The position numbers and the translations under genes are program-made. DNA of 64,000 nt from Macrostomum lignano (Eukaryota): assembly GCA_002269645.1 (NCBI GenBank), contig NIVC01003577.1, positions 1 to 64,000 on the forward strand. The letters are read 5' to 3'. Every line of letters starts with the position of its first letter. Within the stretch, counting starts at the first letter, position 1. Positions 46,140-58,374 of this stretch are shown one piece after another. The notes beneath the pieces were generated by a model that saw nothing but the letters and a program-made list of their open reading frames with translations, searched no databases and was not told the DNA's origin.

Positions 46140-47498
46140 ATGGTGATCTTTAACAGTTCATCGCACCTGGCCACCATTCGCACCTTGCATGTGCATAATT
46201 TTACTAAGCTTCATTCTCATCCAACACTCCAGCGGCTGCTTTTCCGCCAGCCGAAGGTCACCAAGGTGTATCCGGACTCCGAGTCTCAATCAGGTCCCAG
46301 CGGCAGCAACGGCAAATCCGGCAGCCTCGGTCCGCTGTCCACTGAAGCGGCCAAGGGCACCAGAAAGCTGCTGGCGAGCTTTGACTCGGACGAGAGCGCC
46401 TACCAGAGCGGCAACAGCAGCCCAGCCGCCAGCGGACCGCAGCCAGCGACTGTCGGGGCAGACGAATCCGCGTCCTCGACGTCGACTGTGACCACCGTCG
46501 CCTCGGGAGTGTCGCCCAAGTCGGCCCTGGATCGCCTGACACCGCTGGACGCGGAGACTGGCGGCGCGGCTGGCAGCGAAGGTACGGCCTCGCTTGGCTG
46601 CATCGAGCTGCTGGGCGAAAATCGCGCCGTGAAGTCCACGGAGGACTCCTCTGTGCAGGACCAGGAGCCGCAGCAGCAGCAATGCCAGAATGCTCAGAAA
46701 TGCAACTGCGAGCACCCGTCCAATGGGCGACTGGGAGGCCGGTGTGTGCACTTCTCCAACGAGAACACGGCCTCGGACGCAGTCAGCGAAGTTGATGCTG
46801 CTGTGGAAGACGGCGCAGATGAAGAGGGAGACAACGCTGCCGAGGCGGAGTTCCGCGACCGCCTCAAACGTCTTTTCGGCCTGCAGCCCCGACGAAGCGT
46901 AGACGCCTCGGCCTCGGTCGTAGCTGCCGACGCCTCTGGCTCAGCCGCATCCATCGATCCGGACTCGAACGTCGACCTTCGCCAGCTGCAACAGCAGCAC
47001 CGAATGCACTCGGCGGCACCTCAGTCCCGATCTCGCCGACAAAGCCTCGCCGCTCGCATCTTCGGCCGCCTGCCAACAGCGCTTGGTGGTCGAAGACGTA
47101 GTGGCGACTCCGGCGGAGCCGGCTCGGTGACTGACCTCGGCTCGGAGGCGACCGGCTCAACCACCGGTGGCCCGTGCAGCGTCTGCGGCGAGCCGAACTG
47201 CGAGACCCACGCCGAAATGACCGACGGGTGCTGGCCAAGGCGGCACATGCGGCTGATGGGCTGCTTCAAAACCATAGAGGAGCGAGAGCGAGCACAGATG
47301 CTTGAGAACAACCTGGTTGCCAGGGTAACCACTATAGTGGTGGTGATCATCATTCTGGGCCTGATCATCGGGCTAATCGTGTTGGCCAGTACAGCGAAAT
47401 CTTCTTCGTCTGGATCTACCACAGCGACAACATGGATGACGACTGCAGCATCGACAACTGTGCAGTCGACCACTGCAAGCACGAATGCGACTGGTTAA
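46140..47498 (+). CDS. Hypothetical low-complexity protein with one C-terminal transmembrane helix (true start may be spliced in)
   Basis: 452-codon, GC-rich, non-repetitive open frame; TM segment VTTIVVVIIILGLIIGLIVLA; S/T-rich tail ending NATG. Confidence 0.6.
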   Translation: MVIFNSSSHLATIRTLHVHNFTKLHSHPTLQRLLFRQPKVTKVYPDSESQSGPSGSNGKSGSLGPLSTEAAKGTRKLLASFDSDESAYQSGNSSPAASGPQPATVGADESASSTSTVTTVASGVSPKSALDRLTPLDAETGGAAGSEGTASLGCIELLGENRAVKSTEDSSVQDQEPQQQQCQNAQKCNCEHPSNGRLGGRCVHFSNENTASDAVSEVDAAVEDGADEEGDNAAEAEFRDRLKRLFGLQPRRSVDASASVVAADASGSAASIDPDSNVDLRQLQQQHRMHSAAPQSRSRRQSLAARIFGRLPTALGGRRRSGDSGGAGSVTDLGSEATGSTTGGPCSVCGEPNCETHAEMTDGCWPRRHMRLMGCFKTIEERERAQMLENNLVARVTTIVVVIIILGLIIGLIVLASTAKSSSSGSTTATTWMTTAASTTVQSTTASTNATG

Positions 47499-48737
47499 AG
47501 TGCACCCACAGGCTGCACTATTCCCCTACTATTAAGTTCCGAACTCTATTTACACATGTAGATTTTATTCCCGAGAAGTTCAATATTATGTCGTCATTAG
47601 TCTTTCTGTGTCTGTTTGTCTGTTTCTTCGATTTGGTTTCAATAGCGTCTAGTCATTTTTGTTTAACTGGGTAAGGAGTTTCGTTGGAAAGAAACTGTAC
47701 TTTTCCGTTGTTTACCTGTCCGTCTAGTGCAGAGTCAATAGAGCAGTATTCCCTTACGGCCCGCGAGACACTCTACTGACGCGCATTAGTCGTCAGTAGA
47801 CAGATGCACATTATTTTTGCTTTGTTTTTACATCGCGTAAAAGACAATTTCGATTGGCTGTCTTGTTTGCGTGGCTTATGTCTACTATTTTTCTGCATTA
47901 TCTGCGTTTAATTTTAGCACAAAGCAACCTTGTATAAGTCGTTACTTTTGTCCCAGTGAGAGCATGCTTCTATCTAGATGCTATAATACCGTGTACTGTA
48001 ATGCTATGTACATACTGTAAATCAGGTTCTGCAGTTGCTATTATAGCTTTTGTCTCTCGAAAATTTGTTTATTCGATAAAGCACTTGCTATTTTTTAGGT
48101 ACGAGAGTATTTCACTCATGGGATTAAAGTTTGCACACTTCAGGTACAAATCAATTTATAGGACAACAATATAACGTATTTAATGGAAAAGTTTTCTGCG
48201 TTCAAAATATCTTACAAGCAGATCCCGCGCGCTTGTTGAGGCAAATGTTGCAAAAAGACAGATTGGCCATGTCTGGGCGATATTGAAAAGCTCTTATGGA
48301 AGATCTAAGCTCCATAGGCTTAAGGTTTTTCTTTGATCAACGATGAACTTGTCAGAGTTTAAGACTGCAGCCAAGGACGCCAGAGTTGTCAAGGTGATAA
48401 GAGTGGAACTACCGCTCAACACATGGCTTTAATACACGGGCACAAGAATGTGGCAAATATCCAGCTGCAGACCATAAGTAAGACTAAGTATCTAACCACA
48501 GAAAATGTTTGCCTGAAATCCCTCGTAAACATGGAGTGGATCCGATGTTAGACAAGCTAATGATCTGGTGGGAGAGATCTGGCAAACGACTCGATACCCC
48601 CAGTTAGCTGCTTCTGAGGGATGCGAGAGCCTCCGCTTGGCACTGAATGGGGAAAATAAACCTTAAGAAGTGCGGGCCAAAGGCGTGCATTCCGAAACCT
48701 CTCCTTCCGTGGCTGACTCGTGGCCGGAGGAGGGTTA

Positions 48738-49036
48738 TTTTGTTGTTTTTGCTGTTGTCGTAGTTTTTGTTGTTGTTGTTGCTGTTGTTGTTATCGTCGT
48801 CGTCGTTGTTGTTCTTGCTGTTGTTATTGTTGTTGTTGTTGTTGTTTTTGTCGTTGTCGTTGTTGTTGTTGCTGTTATTATTGCTGTTATTGTTGTTGTT
48901 GTTGTTATTGTTATTGTTGTTGTTGTTGTCGTCGTCGTCGTCGTCGTCTTTGTTGTTTTTGTTGTTGTTGCTGTTGTTGTTGTTGTTATTGTTGTTATTG
49001 TTGTTGTTCTTTTTGTTGTTATTGTTGTTTTTGTCG

Positions 49037-49074
<38 letters not shown>

Positions 49075-49166
49075 ATTGTTGTTGTTGTTGTTGTTGTTAT
49101 TGTTGTTGTTGTCGTTGTTGTTGTTGCTGTTATTGTTGTTGTTGTTGTTATTGTTGTTGTTGTTGA
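48738..49166. repeat. Imperfect (GTT)n microsatellite
   Basis: Direct reading. Confidence 0.97.
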
Positions 49167-49950
49167 TTTAGTCTGGGATTTTTCATGCCGTGGCTACTAT
49201 CCTCGAATCAAAGTACTCAAGTCAACAGGTTTCAATACTCAAAAACACCATACCGCATGTGTTTCGAGAGTTTGCGCCAGAAAAATACGGACCGCAATTG
49301 AGAGTCAGCACCACCTTCTTGGAGAGAAGACTGTTACGAAGTCTGACATCAGAGCATGTAAAAAAATTTTGAACAGTTTAAAATAGATATAAAATTGCCT
49401 TGAATAATAAATTATTGTACATATTTATTTGTGTGAAGAACTAGTACTGAGACACAACAATTGGGGTTGATCAGGTTTTAAAAAGAGATTTAAAGAACAT
49501 TCAATGCTTTGCCAAGAACAAAACTTAGATTAACACTGCTTACTAATATGATGGACAAAAAGTAGTATAATGGGCATTTTCATGTATCAACAGTCAGTGC
49601 AGCTCGAGATTAAAATGACTTTGAAATGGATATTAATTTTTCTAAGAGAAACCTACTGCGGCACAAAAAATATAACAAAGCAAATGAAAAAAGTATATTT
49701 TAATGAAAAACCAAGCAGACTCGAAAATAAATTGCCATGCTCTTGCCGTCAGGTCATTCAGAAAATTGGTCGTCGAGAAACGTACACACAATAAAGGGCA
49801 GTTGAAGTTTTTACGGTAGTTCTTGGAAATGTTTTCAAAACGTTTTGTTTGTTTTTTGCCATAAATATTTTTTTTCGACTTTCTTTAAACCTAGAAGCAA
49901 TTTCCAATAGCAAACGATCGGATTTTTGTTGATGAACCAGCTGAGTCAGC

Positions 49951-52900
49951 TCACAGGTCGGTGGCGATTAGGCCGGAGGTCTGCGGTGACGTCACGGGAT
50001 CGCCGGACGATGTCGTCGGCATGCCGCTGAACGAGTTCTGGCCGCCCAGCAGCGGCTCGGAGTGCTTTGAGCAGCGTCGGCCTCCTCCTCCTCCTCCGAC
50101 AGCGCCGCCACCGCCTTCCCCGACGCCTCCACCGCTGCTGCTTTCCGCGCTATCGTGCCGTTGCTTCGAGCTCAGTTTGAGCCGCTTCTTCCAATAAGCC
50201 TTGCCCAGCTTCTCGGAATGATGAGCGTGAGTGGCGCCCTCGGCAACCAGTTTGCGCATCCGTTTGACCTTGCCGCCTGCGAAGCTGTTCACCTTGGCTA
50301 GCAGGGCCTTGGTGGCGTACTCCTGCACACTACTCTTGGACACGTGCACAATCTGCGAGTGGGAGTAGTATAGCATGAAGTGGTTCACCAGGATGGGCAC
50401 CGTGAAAGCGATCAGCAGGAGGCCGCTGAGTGCGCAGGCTGAGCCAACGATTCGACCTGTAATTGTTGAGGTGGTGCCAACACCGATGGTCAGATGGTAC
50501 ACAAAGTAGGTCAGGTGGGTCCAGTATATGTCAGAGACACAAAACTAAGAAAAAAAGGTTATCGAGAATCAAAATGAGTCAAAGGTGGTGCCAAAGTGGG
50601 TCAGGAGAGGGCCGCAGCTCAGTGGTCTAGGGTAGCGCTCTCCTCTTGCGGTCCAGGCTCGATTCCAAGTGCAGTCGCATTAATTTGGGGCTGAATTGGA
50701 ATTTCGGCTTGGCTCTGCTCGTGCAATTAACGCCCTTAAGGGCCAACCCCCAAGGCACAGTGAAGTGTACATGTCTACACTGTTCGGCGCTTGTGTGCCT
50801 GCTCAGGGGAAGTCGGCGGAATGGGCAGTAATGCCTCTCGCCGGTTGTGTGACAATGTCGCTGAAAGTGCGCCAGGGTGCGCATGGCCACTGGCTCTAAT
50901 AAAAAAATAAGTGGGTCGGGAAATTCCAACGTTCTTCATTGGAGGTCAGGGGTCAGGGGCACGCTTTGGTGCTCACAAATGCCACACATCCAACATGCAT
51001 CTTGTGGAGAGCTCGGGAAGACATTGAGTTCGATACAAAGCAGCAAATTTATCATCAACCAGGTGCACCGATTTTTACCTTAGCCATTTCACCTTGAGGT
51101 GATTATTCAAGAGATCCTTAAAGGCTTACAGATCAACTCGGTAATAATACGTATAGTATAGACGAAATTCACAGTCCGCACAAGTGCTACTGCACTAAAT
51201 GAACAGTCGTGCGTTACTATTTTGTGAATTCAGCTGCGACCAAACAATAAAAGTTATGACTGATGATGAAACATTAACACGTTCGACATTTTTCGGGATA
51301 AAGTTTTTAGCTAATCATAGATTTTTAAAGTCTAGACTTCGTATTTTATCCGTGGACATTGTTGCAGAACTGTTGCAGTAAGAGCTAACCAGCCGCCGAG
51401 ACTTTTTCAGCTCTACTGCGATGCTAGCGATTAAGCCTTCCATTACTGACTGCAGCCGTAAGTGCACGATCGTAAACGCGGGCGAAGGGGTGCAGGGGAG
51501 CTTGCCGCTGCTGCCTCTAGTTCGAAGGCTTTCGAAAATTGAATTTTTATGATGGTGAAAAGCTTGTATAAGTGTCATGGAGAACTAGGTTAGAACGAAT
51601 AACCTGGATTAAGCAACTCCGCATTCTATGCATTTTAGGAACGATGGCTCAACCATAACTGGAGATTCCTTTTGGCTTGTGGCAGTGTGATAGCGTAGCA
51701 CAAGACCTGCCGGAAGTTACTGGCAGGTAATGATAGATTTTTATCAGAGTCAGTGCCTGTTTGCACCCTGGCGCACTTTAAGCGACATTGTCACACAACC
51801 ATCGAGAGGCATTACTACTGCCCATTCCGCCGACTCTCCTGCTGAGCAGGCACACAAGCGCGTGGATACGTACGCAGTCACACACACAGGCACACACTTA
51901 TACAGGAGTAATGAACACACTGAGTAATAAACTTTATTTATCATTAGGCATGTGCACCTCACTGTGCTTTGGGGTTGGCCCTCAAAGCCGTTAATTGCAC
52001 GAGCAGAGCCAAGCCGAGATTCCAATTTAGCTCCAAAATTATTGCGACTGCACTTGGAATCGAGCCTGCGCCGCCAGCACATCAGACCTCCATGCTAGAC
52101 CACTGGGCGACGGCCTATAGATAAGCTGCAAATAAAGTACATGTAAATTTTGATCTTGTACAGTTACTATTGTTAATTTCCCTAAAGAAAAGGATGTTCA
52201 AAGCAAAAAGATTCGCTATGAAAGCTGGCTATCGAGCCTAAGATATCAGATCCACTATGAGTTCTTTCTCAAAGCATCTGAGCGACCCTCCAATGAGTCA
52301 CAGAATTTCAGCGACTCCCCCAATAAGCCTTGACTACTGCAGGCTCAGGTTTCTGGTTCTCCTTCGGAGAGTCAGCATTCGGAATGAAAGGTGAAAGATT
52401 TCCAACCTCAATGTTTTATTTCGTCGATGCTGCTTCAATCAGGTCTGCTATCTGCCACTAGAAGCAGTGGCGCACTTGACCCATAAGCTGGCAGCCTTCA
52501 ACAATCATAGGGCATTTTCTCTCTCTACGTTTTTCCTCCTGTCTACAGGCCCCGGTTGGTGCCAAATTTCAATGGTCTTCTGTTTATCACATTTGCTGGT
52601 GGTATATACGAGATGGCGCCTGTCTGTCCGCTAGTGCATTGTGATGCTTGGCCGAATTGATCGAAAAAGTAAGAGAGGGTAGCCTTAAAGTGCATTTCTT
52701 TGGCGATGTTTTTCTTCCGATTTTGGTAATTTTTTGGTAATTTGGTAATGTTGAAATGCAGTGGAAATTGGGTAGATGATGTATCTGTGTGCCGATGAAA
52801 CTGGGTACCTGGTGAGGGATCTGGGTGTACCTGGTCAGGTATCTGGGTGTACCTGGTTAGGTATCTGGGTGTACCTGGTCAGGTATCTGGGTGTACCTGG

Positions 52901-55900
52901 TTAGGTATCTGGGTGTACCTGGTTAGGTATCTGGGTGTACCTGGTCAAGTATCTGGGTGTACCTGGTCAGGTATCTGGGTGTACCTGGTTAGGCATCTGG
53001 GTGTACCTGGTCAAGTATCTGGGTGTACCTGGTCAGGTATCTGGGTGTACCTGGTTAGGTATCTGGGTGTACCTGGTTAGGTATCTGTGTGTACCTGGTC
53101 AAGTATCTGGGTGTACCTGGTCAGGTATCTGGGTGTACCTGGTCAGGTATCTGGGTGTACCTGGTCAGGTATCTGGGTGTACCTGGTCAGGTATCTGGGT
53201 GTACCTGGTCAGTTATCTGGGTGTACCTGGTCAGGTATCTGGGTGTACCTGGTTAGGTATCTGGGTGTACCTGGTTAGGTATCTGGGTGTACCTGGTCAA
53301 GTATCTGGGTGTACCTGGTCAGGTATCTGGGTGTACCTGGTTAGGTATCTGGGTGTACCTGGTTAGGTATCTGGGTGTACCAGGTCAGGTATCTGGGTGT
53401 ACCTGGTCAGGTATCTGGGTGTACCTGGTCAGGTATCTGGGTGTACCTGGTCAGGTATCTGGGTGTACCTGGTCAGGTAATCTGGGTGTACCTGGTCAGG
53501 TATCTGGGTGTACCTGGCCAAGTATCTGGGTGTACCTGGTCAAATATCTGGGTGTACCTGGTCAGGTATCTGGGTGTACCTGGGCAACAAAAGTTGTGTC
53601 TCACCTGGCCACGTCTGCGGCACCAGATCGCCGTATCCAACCGTTGTCATGGTAACTAATGACCACCAGAACCCGTCAAACATGGAGGTGAATCTCGAGT
53701 CGGTGCCCTGCCGATTGCACTTGGAGCAGTCGGTGGCTCCGCCCGCCGCTCCGCCCCCTGCGGCTGTCTGACTGTCGGATTTCTCGCAGAAGAAGATCAG
53801 AGTGCTGAAAAGCAGAGTCCCCAGAGCGACGAACACCCCCATGAGCATGAGGTCGCGGAAGGAGGTGCGCAGAGTGTAGATGAGCACTTGCAGACCCCGG
53901 TAGTGCCTGCCGATCCTCAGCAGCCTCATGAACAGGGTGATCTTCAGGAAGGCGATGTACTCAGCCGGTCCAAAGTAGCTGCTGTCGGAGAATTCCACAA
54001 TGCCGCAGAAGAACTTCAGCAGCTCGTTAATGTAGAAGGGTAAAATTGACAGAAAGTCAATTATGGTGTAGTTATTCTTGAAATAGGCCAGCTTGTTCTT
54101 GCAGCAGATGAACCGGACGCAGAAATCGAACGTGAGGGTGCCGAACGCGATCCAGTCTGGAAAGGTCAGCCAGTCCACTTTGATCTTGGCGCTGGCGTCC
54201 GTTCGGTTGCCGTACCAGGCGGGGTGCTTGGCCGAGTAGAAGGCCACCTCTCCGGGCGTCATGGGTCGCTGGAATCGTTCCGAGGTGCTGGCCACGAAGC
54301 TGAACACCGTGTACAGCACCGTGACGCTCAGGATGACGGCGTACACGGCGGCTGGGAAACTCGACGAGGGATGATCGAGAATCTTCCAGCAGCGTTTGCG
54401 CAGAGCGATCAGGGCTTCTTTGATTCGCTTGCGCCAGCCTTAATGGGATATTTTTGAGTGTATAAAATTGATATTTTTTGTATTTTTTATTATTCCATTC
54501 TATTTTTTCTTCCGGCTGCATTAATATTCTGGCATCCGTCAAATTTCAATATCTCTTGACAATCGGCTGCGACTGCACTTTTACCCCTCTGTCCCGTTTT
54601 CTTGTCTCTCCCCTCTCGCTGCGCTGATTGGCTGTGGCTAAACTTCTGAACCCCCCCTGTTTCGATTTTCTTATCTCTTCCCTCTCTCTGCGCTGATTGG
54701 CTGTGGCAAACTTCCACCCATCTGTCCCATTTTTTCTGATCCCACGTGTTTCACTTGGAGCTATTGAACATGCATGAATTTGTAAGTTACACCAGAAAGA
54801 CATCCCCCTACCGTGTGCCTTTGACAAATCCTTCGACAGGTGCTCCTCAAGCTCCACGCTGTTCGGCAGCAGAAGCGGCTCGCTCTCCATCTCCTCTTTG
54901 AAGAAATTTTCAAACTTTTTCAGACTGACCAGACGACTTTTAGTGTCCATGAGGTGCGAGACGCAGCAGTTCTGTATTTCGATGACTGACTGAATGCCCC
55001 ACAGAGCCAGTTCGCGTTCGAGCAGGGGACCGCAGTAGTGATGAGGCACATGAAGCTCGCCTAGGTTTGCGGGTGAGTTGGGTTGACTTTTCTCATTCCT
55101 CAGTCCCTAAGTTGTACGAGTTTATGACTCGAGAGTTTTACTAGAGAATCTTCAGGATTGAGTCCTTAGGTGGGAACTCACCGTATCGGCAGTACCACAG
55201 CACAATCTTGAATATGGCCGGGTCCCTATCGAAGTAGTACTCTTGCTGAGCGGCCCTGTAGATTCCATCGTGCAACAGTTTGTCGTAGATGTACCTCTGG
55301 TTCAGCAGAGTTGCCCGCAGCACTTCGAAACGCGTACCGCTGATGTTCAGTCGGATCAGGCCCAGTACGTCCAGATTGTCCAAGTCAAGCGACTCGGCGC
55401 ACTCCAAAGAGTTCTCGTCGATGAAGTGCAGATTCTCGAAGTCCGTCTTGGACAGCTCGATCAGCTGCTGACGCTGCAGGTCGCTCAGCGAAGGCATCCT
55501 AGCGCGGCTGCTTCGCCTGCCGGCTGCAACCAAAATGATCGCAAACTGATGAAGCAGAAATGATACTGTAGGCAAGTATTGGTTGTTTTTGCTGTGGCAA
55601 TAGTTCCACCTTTCTGCCCATGGGAGAGGGCTACATGTCGGTTTTTGAAGAGCTTGGTTGGGGGATGACGGCTGATGGCATGCAAAATATCTTGTCTAAC
55701 CCCGTGAAACGGACTGTAACGATGCAAATACGGAGCGCTGGAACTTGCGGGACCTGGTAGCACCGAATCGCCTTCGAAAAATACCATTAGCCAGTTTTTT
55801 GTACTCTCCGTGAATCCCAGAATCCAAGGTTCGACTGGTCTCCCTCTCTCTCTCTCTCAGGGTATTCAAGGTGTTCACTTTCTGATCTGTTGCAGAGAGT

Positions 55901-58023
55901 TTTTTTTTCGCCAGCCGCCGCCACAGGAAAGAAGCTGTTGACGTTTCTGTCACAGCTGCCGCGCGACCACCCGAAAGTGAATGAAGGAGTGACTGGCAGG
56001 CATGGGCAGCGGATCCATGTCCCACGGGGTCCGTATGAACTCCTCACTGGCTGCTTTGAACAGCTTGAACCGCTGGTGCTAAATTTTCCCTGTTGCATCT
56101 GCGATGACATGACTGATAAACCAGCAGCGATTCCGTTTTTTTCTTTAAAACGATTTATCTTAGCGTAGATTTGTGGTTCACACTCCTCGCAACGCAATTA
56201 TTTTTTTACCGAACTGACCTCCGATTAACTGTTGGAATGCGCTGTACAAATGACTCCAGATTTTTTTGGCGGAAATAAAATACCTTTAGTGACATCTTGA
56301 CAGCTCTTTTGCATACACCATTTAGAAATACAGAAATTTCTTGTTAGCCATGAAGAATCGTGAAAATAGAAAAGTTGGTAACAGTTCAGTCGACAAAAGT
56401 GCAGTATTTGAAGTAAGGACCAATGTTCTCTTAACAGTTCACGGATTGAGCAGAACAGGAACGACGTCAGTCTATTTGAGAATTCTGAACATATAGCCGG
56501 ATTGACTTTTCTTTTAAGACGCTTCCGACTTCAACTGCAGAGGAAAGTTCATGACGATTGTTCAAGCATGTGGCAGTCTAATAATCTTACCGTGTCCGCG
56601 ATCTCTGTTACCGATGCTCATTCCCGAGATGCCGCCGCTCTGGCAGTACATTTTGGCGCAATTGAAAAAAGAGCTTTTATTGACAGCTACAGGCTGTGTT
56701 TTTGTTAAAAAAAGATTTACGCCGGTCAGGATTGCATTGAATAATCGAACAGTCGACTCCAAGGGCCAAATCTTTTTCTCTGGGAGGCGGCAGAAGCCAC
56801 GTAGGCAATAAATAAATCCCAATCGAGCTAAATTGAATCCCAATGCGTCTTAGGCCGGGGACAAGATCTCGTCCTATCCCAATTCATTTCTGTTTCCCCT
56901 CATTTCTAATAATATCTTCAAGCTGATGCGGATCGATTTTTGTGGCCTCAGCGCAACACGAGAGAGGGTGGGTGATGGGGGAGGGATGGAGAGGCCATGG
57001 ATGCTGACTGGGGGGGGGGGCGTGGTAAACGTAGATTTTTCGGGAAGAAAGAAGGCATTTAAAAGTTGGGATTCAAGGCCAATATCGGGCAAGCTGGGGT
57101 ATTTATAGGCCATTAGGCCAAATTTGAGGGACAGATTTCTTGAAAGCTTTTGCCAGGCAATCATCAGTTTGATCCTCCCAGCAACTTGGCATGACTGAAA
57201 AGGCTCGAAAAGAATCCACGAATCGCTAATTAATTGGTCAGGCATGGTCCGAAAGCTGATTGATGCCTGAAGTTCTGAAAGTACTTTTATTTATACTGCC
57301 TGGGTTGAAGTTCATGTACAACAAGGATAAACGGATGGTCCAGTGAAGGATAGCACAATAAGATCTGTTCGAACATTTTGGACATTTATCTGCCACAAAA
57401 ATCATAAAGTGGCTACTTAACAGTAGTAGTAAAAATATACTGAACGACATTTTACCTCTACCAGAAGCGCTGCTCTCCCCAGCCACGCTGCTCCTAGCCG
57501 AAGCGTTGCCCGCTCCGTCGCCGTCAAACAGCACGCTGACGCTTTTCTTGCGCGCCCGGAAGATGTTGCCGATGCTCGGCCGAGGTGCCAGGTTAAATCC
57601 GATGCTGCCTCCGCCACCACCTCCGCCGCCGCCGCTGCCATCGCTAGCGGGCACCTCTAGGGAGCTTCGAGTTTCCCCAGTGCCACCGCCGCCGCCGGCA
57701 CCGCCTCCTCCAGCTGTTGAACTGCTGCAAAAGTCGTCTTCGATCACAATGCCGGGATTGGTAGCGACCTGCGGCTGTGGTGATGCCTGCGACGAAGAGG
57801 ACTCTTGTTGCTGAAGCTGCTGCTGCTGCTGTTGATACTGTTGCTGCAGCAGCTTCTTTGTAGCCGCCGCTGCGGAGGCTTGCGGAGAAGATTTCCGCGA
57901 AATAAACAACGGTCGGTGGAACTTCTTGCCAGCCGACAGGGAGAGACGCTCCTCACTACTGGCGCCTCGACTGATCGGACGATCGGGATCGGAGTTCGTT
58001 GGTGTGTGTAAAAAGTGCGCCAT
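49951..58023 (-). CDS. Shaw: Shaw/Kv3-family voltage-gated K+ channel subunit; exons 58023-57456, 55523-55182, 55060-54812, 54438-53605, 50456-49951 (832 aa)
   Basis: Four GT..AG phase-1 introns give one open frame. T1 YYFDRDP...GELHVPHHYCGPLLERELALWGI...CC (Shaw-type, Zn site); S1-S6; pore WWSLVTMTTVGYGD. Confidence 0.9.
50609..50910 (+). mobile_element. tRNA-derived SINE, full-length
   Basis: A-box-like CAGTGGTCTAGGG, B-box-like GGCTCGATTCC, family body, A-rich tail TAATAAAAAAATAA. Confidence 0.8.
51737..52115 (-). mobile_element. tRNA-derived SINE, full-length, inverted relative to 50609-50910
   Basis: Reverse strand reads CCAGTGGTCTAGC...GGCTCGATTCCAAGTGCAGTCGCA...CAGGGTGCAAACAGG..GATAAAAA. 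Confidence 0.8.
52821..53583. repeat. 22-bp minisatellite (CTGGGTGTACCTGGTCAGGTAT, ~35 units) at the 5-prime end of Shaw intron 4
   Basis: Direct reading; begins ~20 nt after the donor at 53604. Confidence 0.96.
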
Positions 58024-58374
58024 GCTTCGGCTGATGAAGTGACGCTGTCTGGAAAGTTTTTGAGCATCTGGGCATTTCAGGATTTTAAACAGTTGAGAGG
58101 TACTTTAAGTACCTATCATATTTTGGCGTCATGATGAGTAAGCTGTGGGGTTTCAAGTTGTAGGTCTAGACGTTTAGAGTCGATTAATAAGTATCGGTAA
58201 GTATTTCCTAGTGTCTTTAGGCTTTTTGGATACACTAAAGAGTGAGCACTAAAGGTTTTTTCCTGCTATGTTTAGCTTGTGGGTACAGTAAGTGTCTATA
58301 AGCTTGTCCTGGTGTGTTTAGGACAAACCTTGTTGGTACAGTAAGTACCTATAAAAATGTATAGCAATTCATAG

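Noticed and set aside
48200-48720. Possible decayed transposon coding sequence
   Set aside because: It is stop-rich and I could identify no transposase or RT motif.
55696-56197. ORFs in Shaw intron 1 as separate genes
   Set aside because: There are no recognisable motifs, and the 57456-to-55523 splice already gives an open frame. An alternative first exon cannot be excluded.
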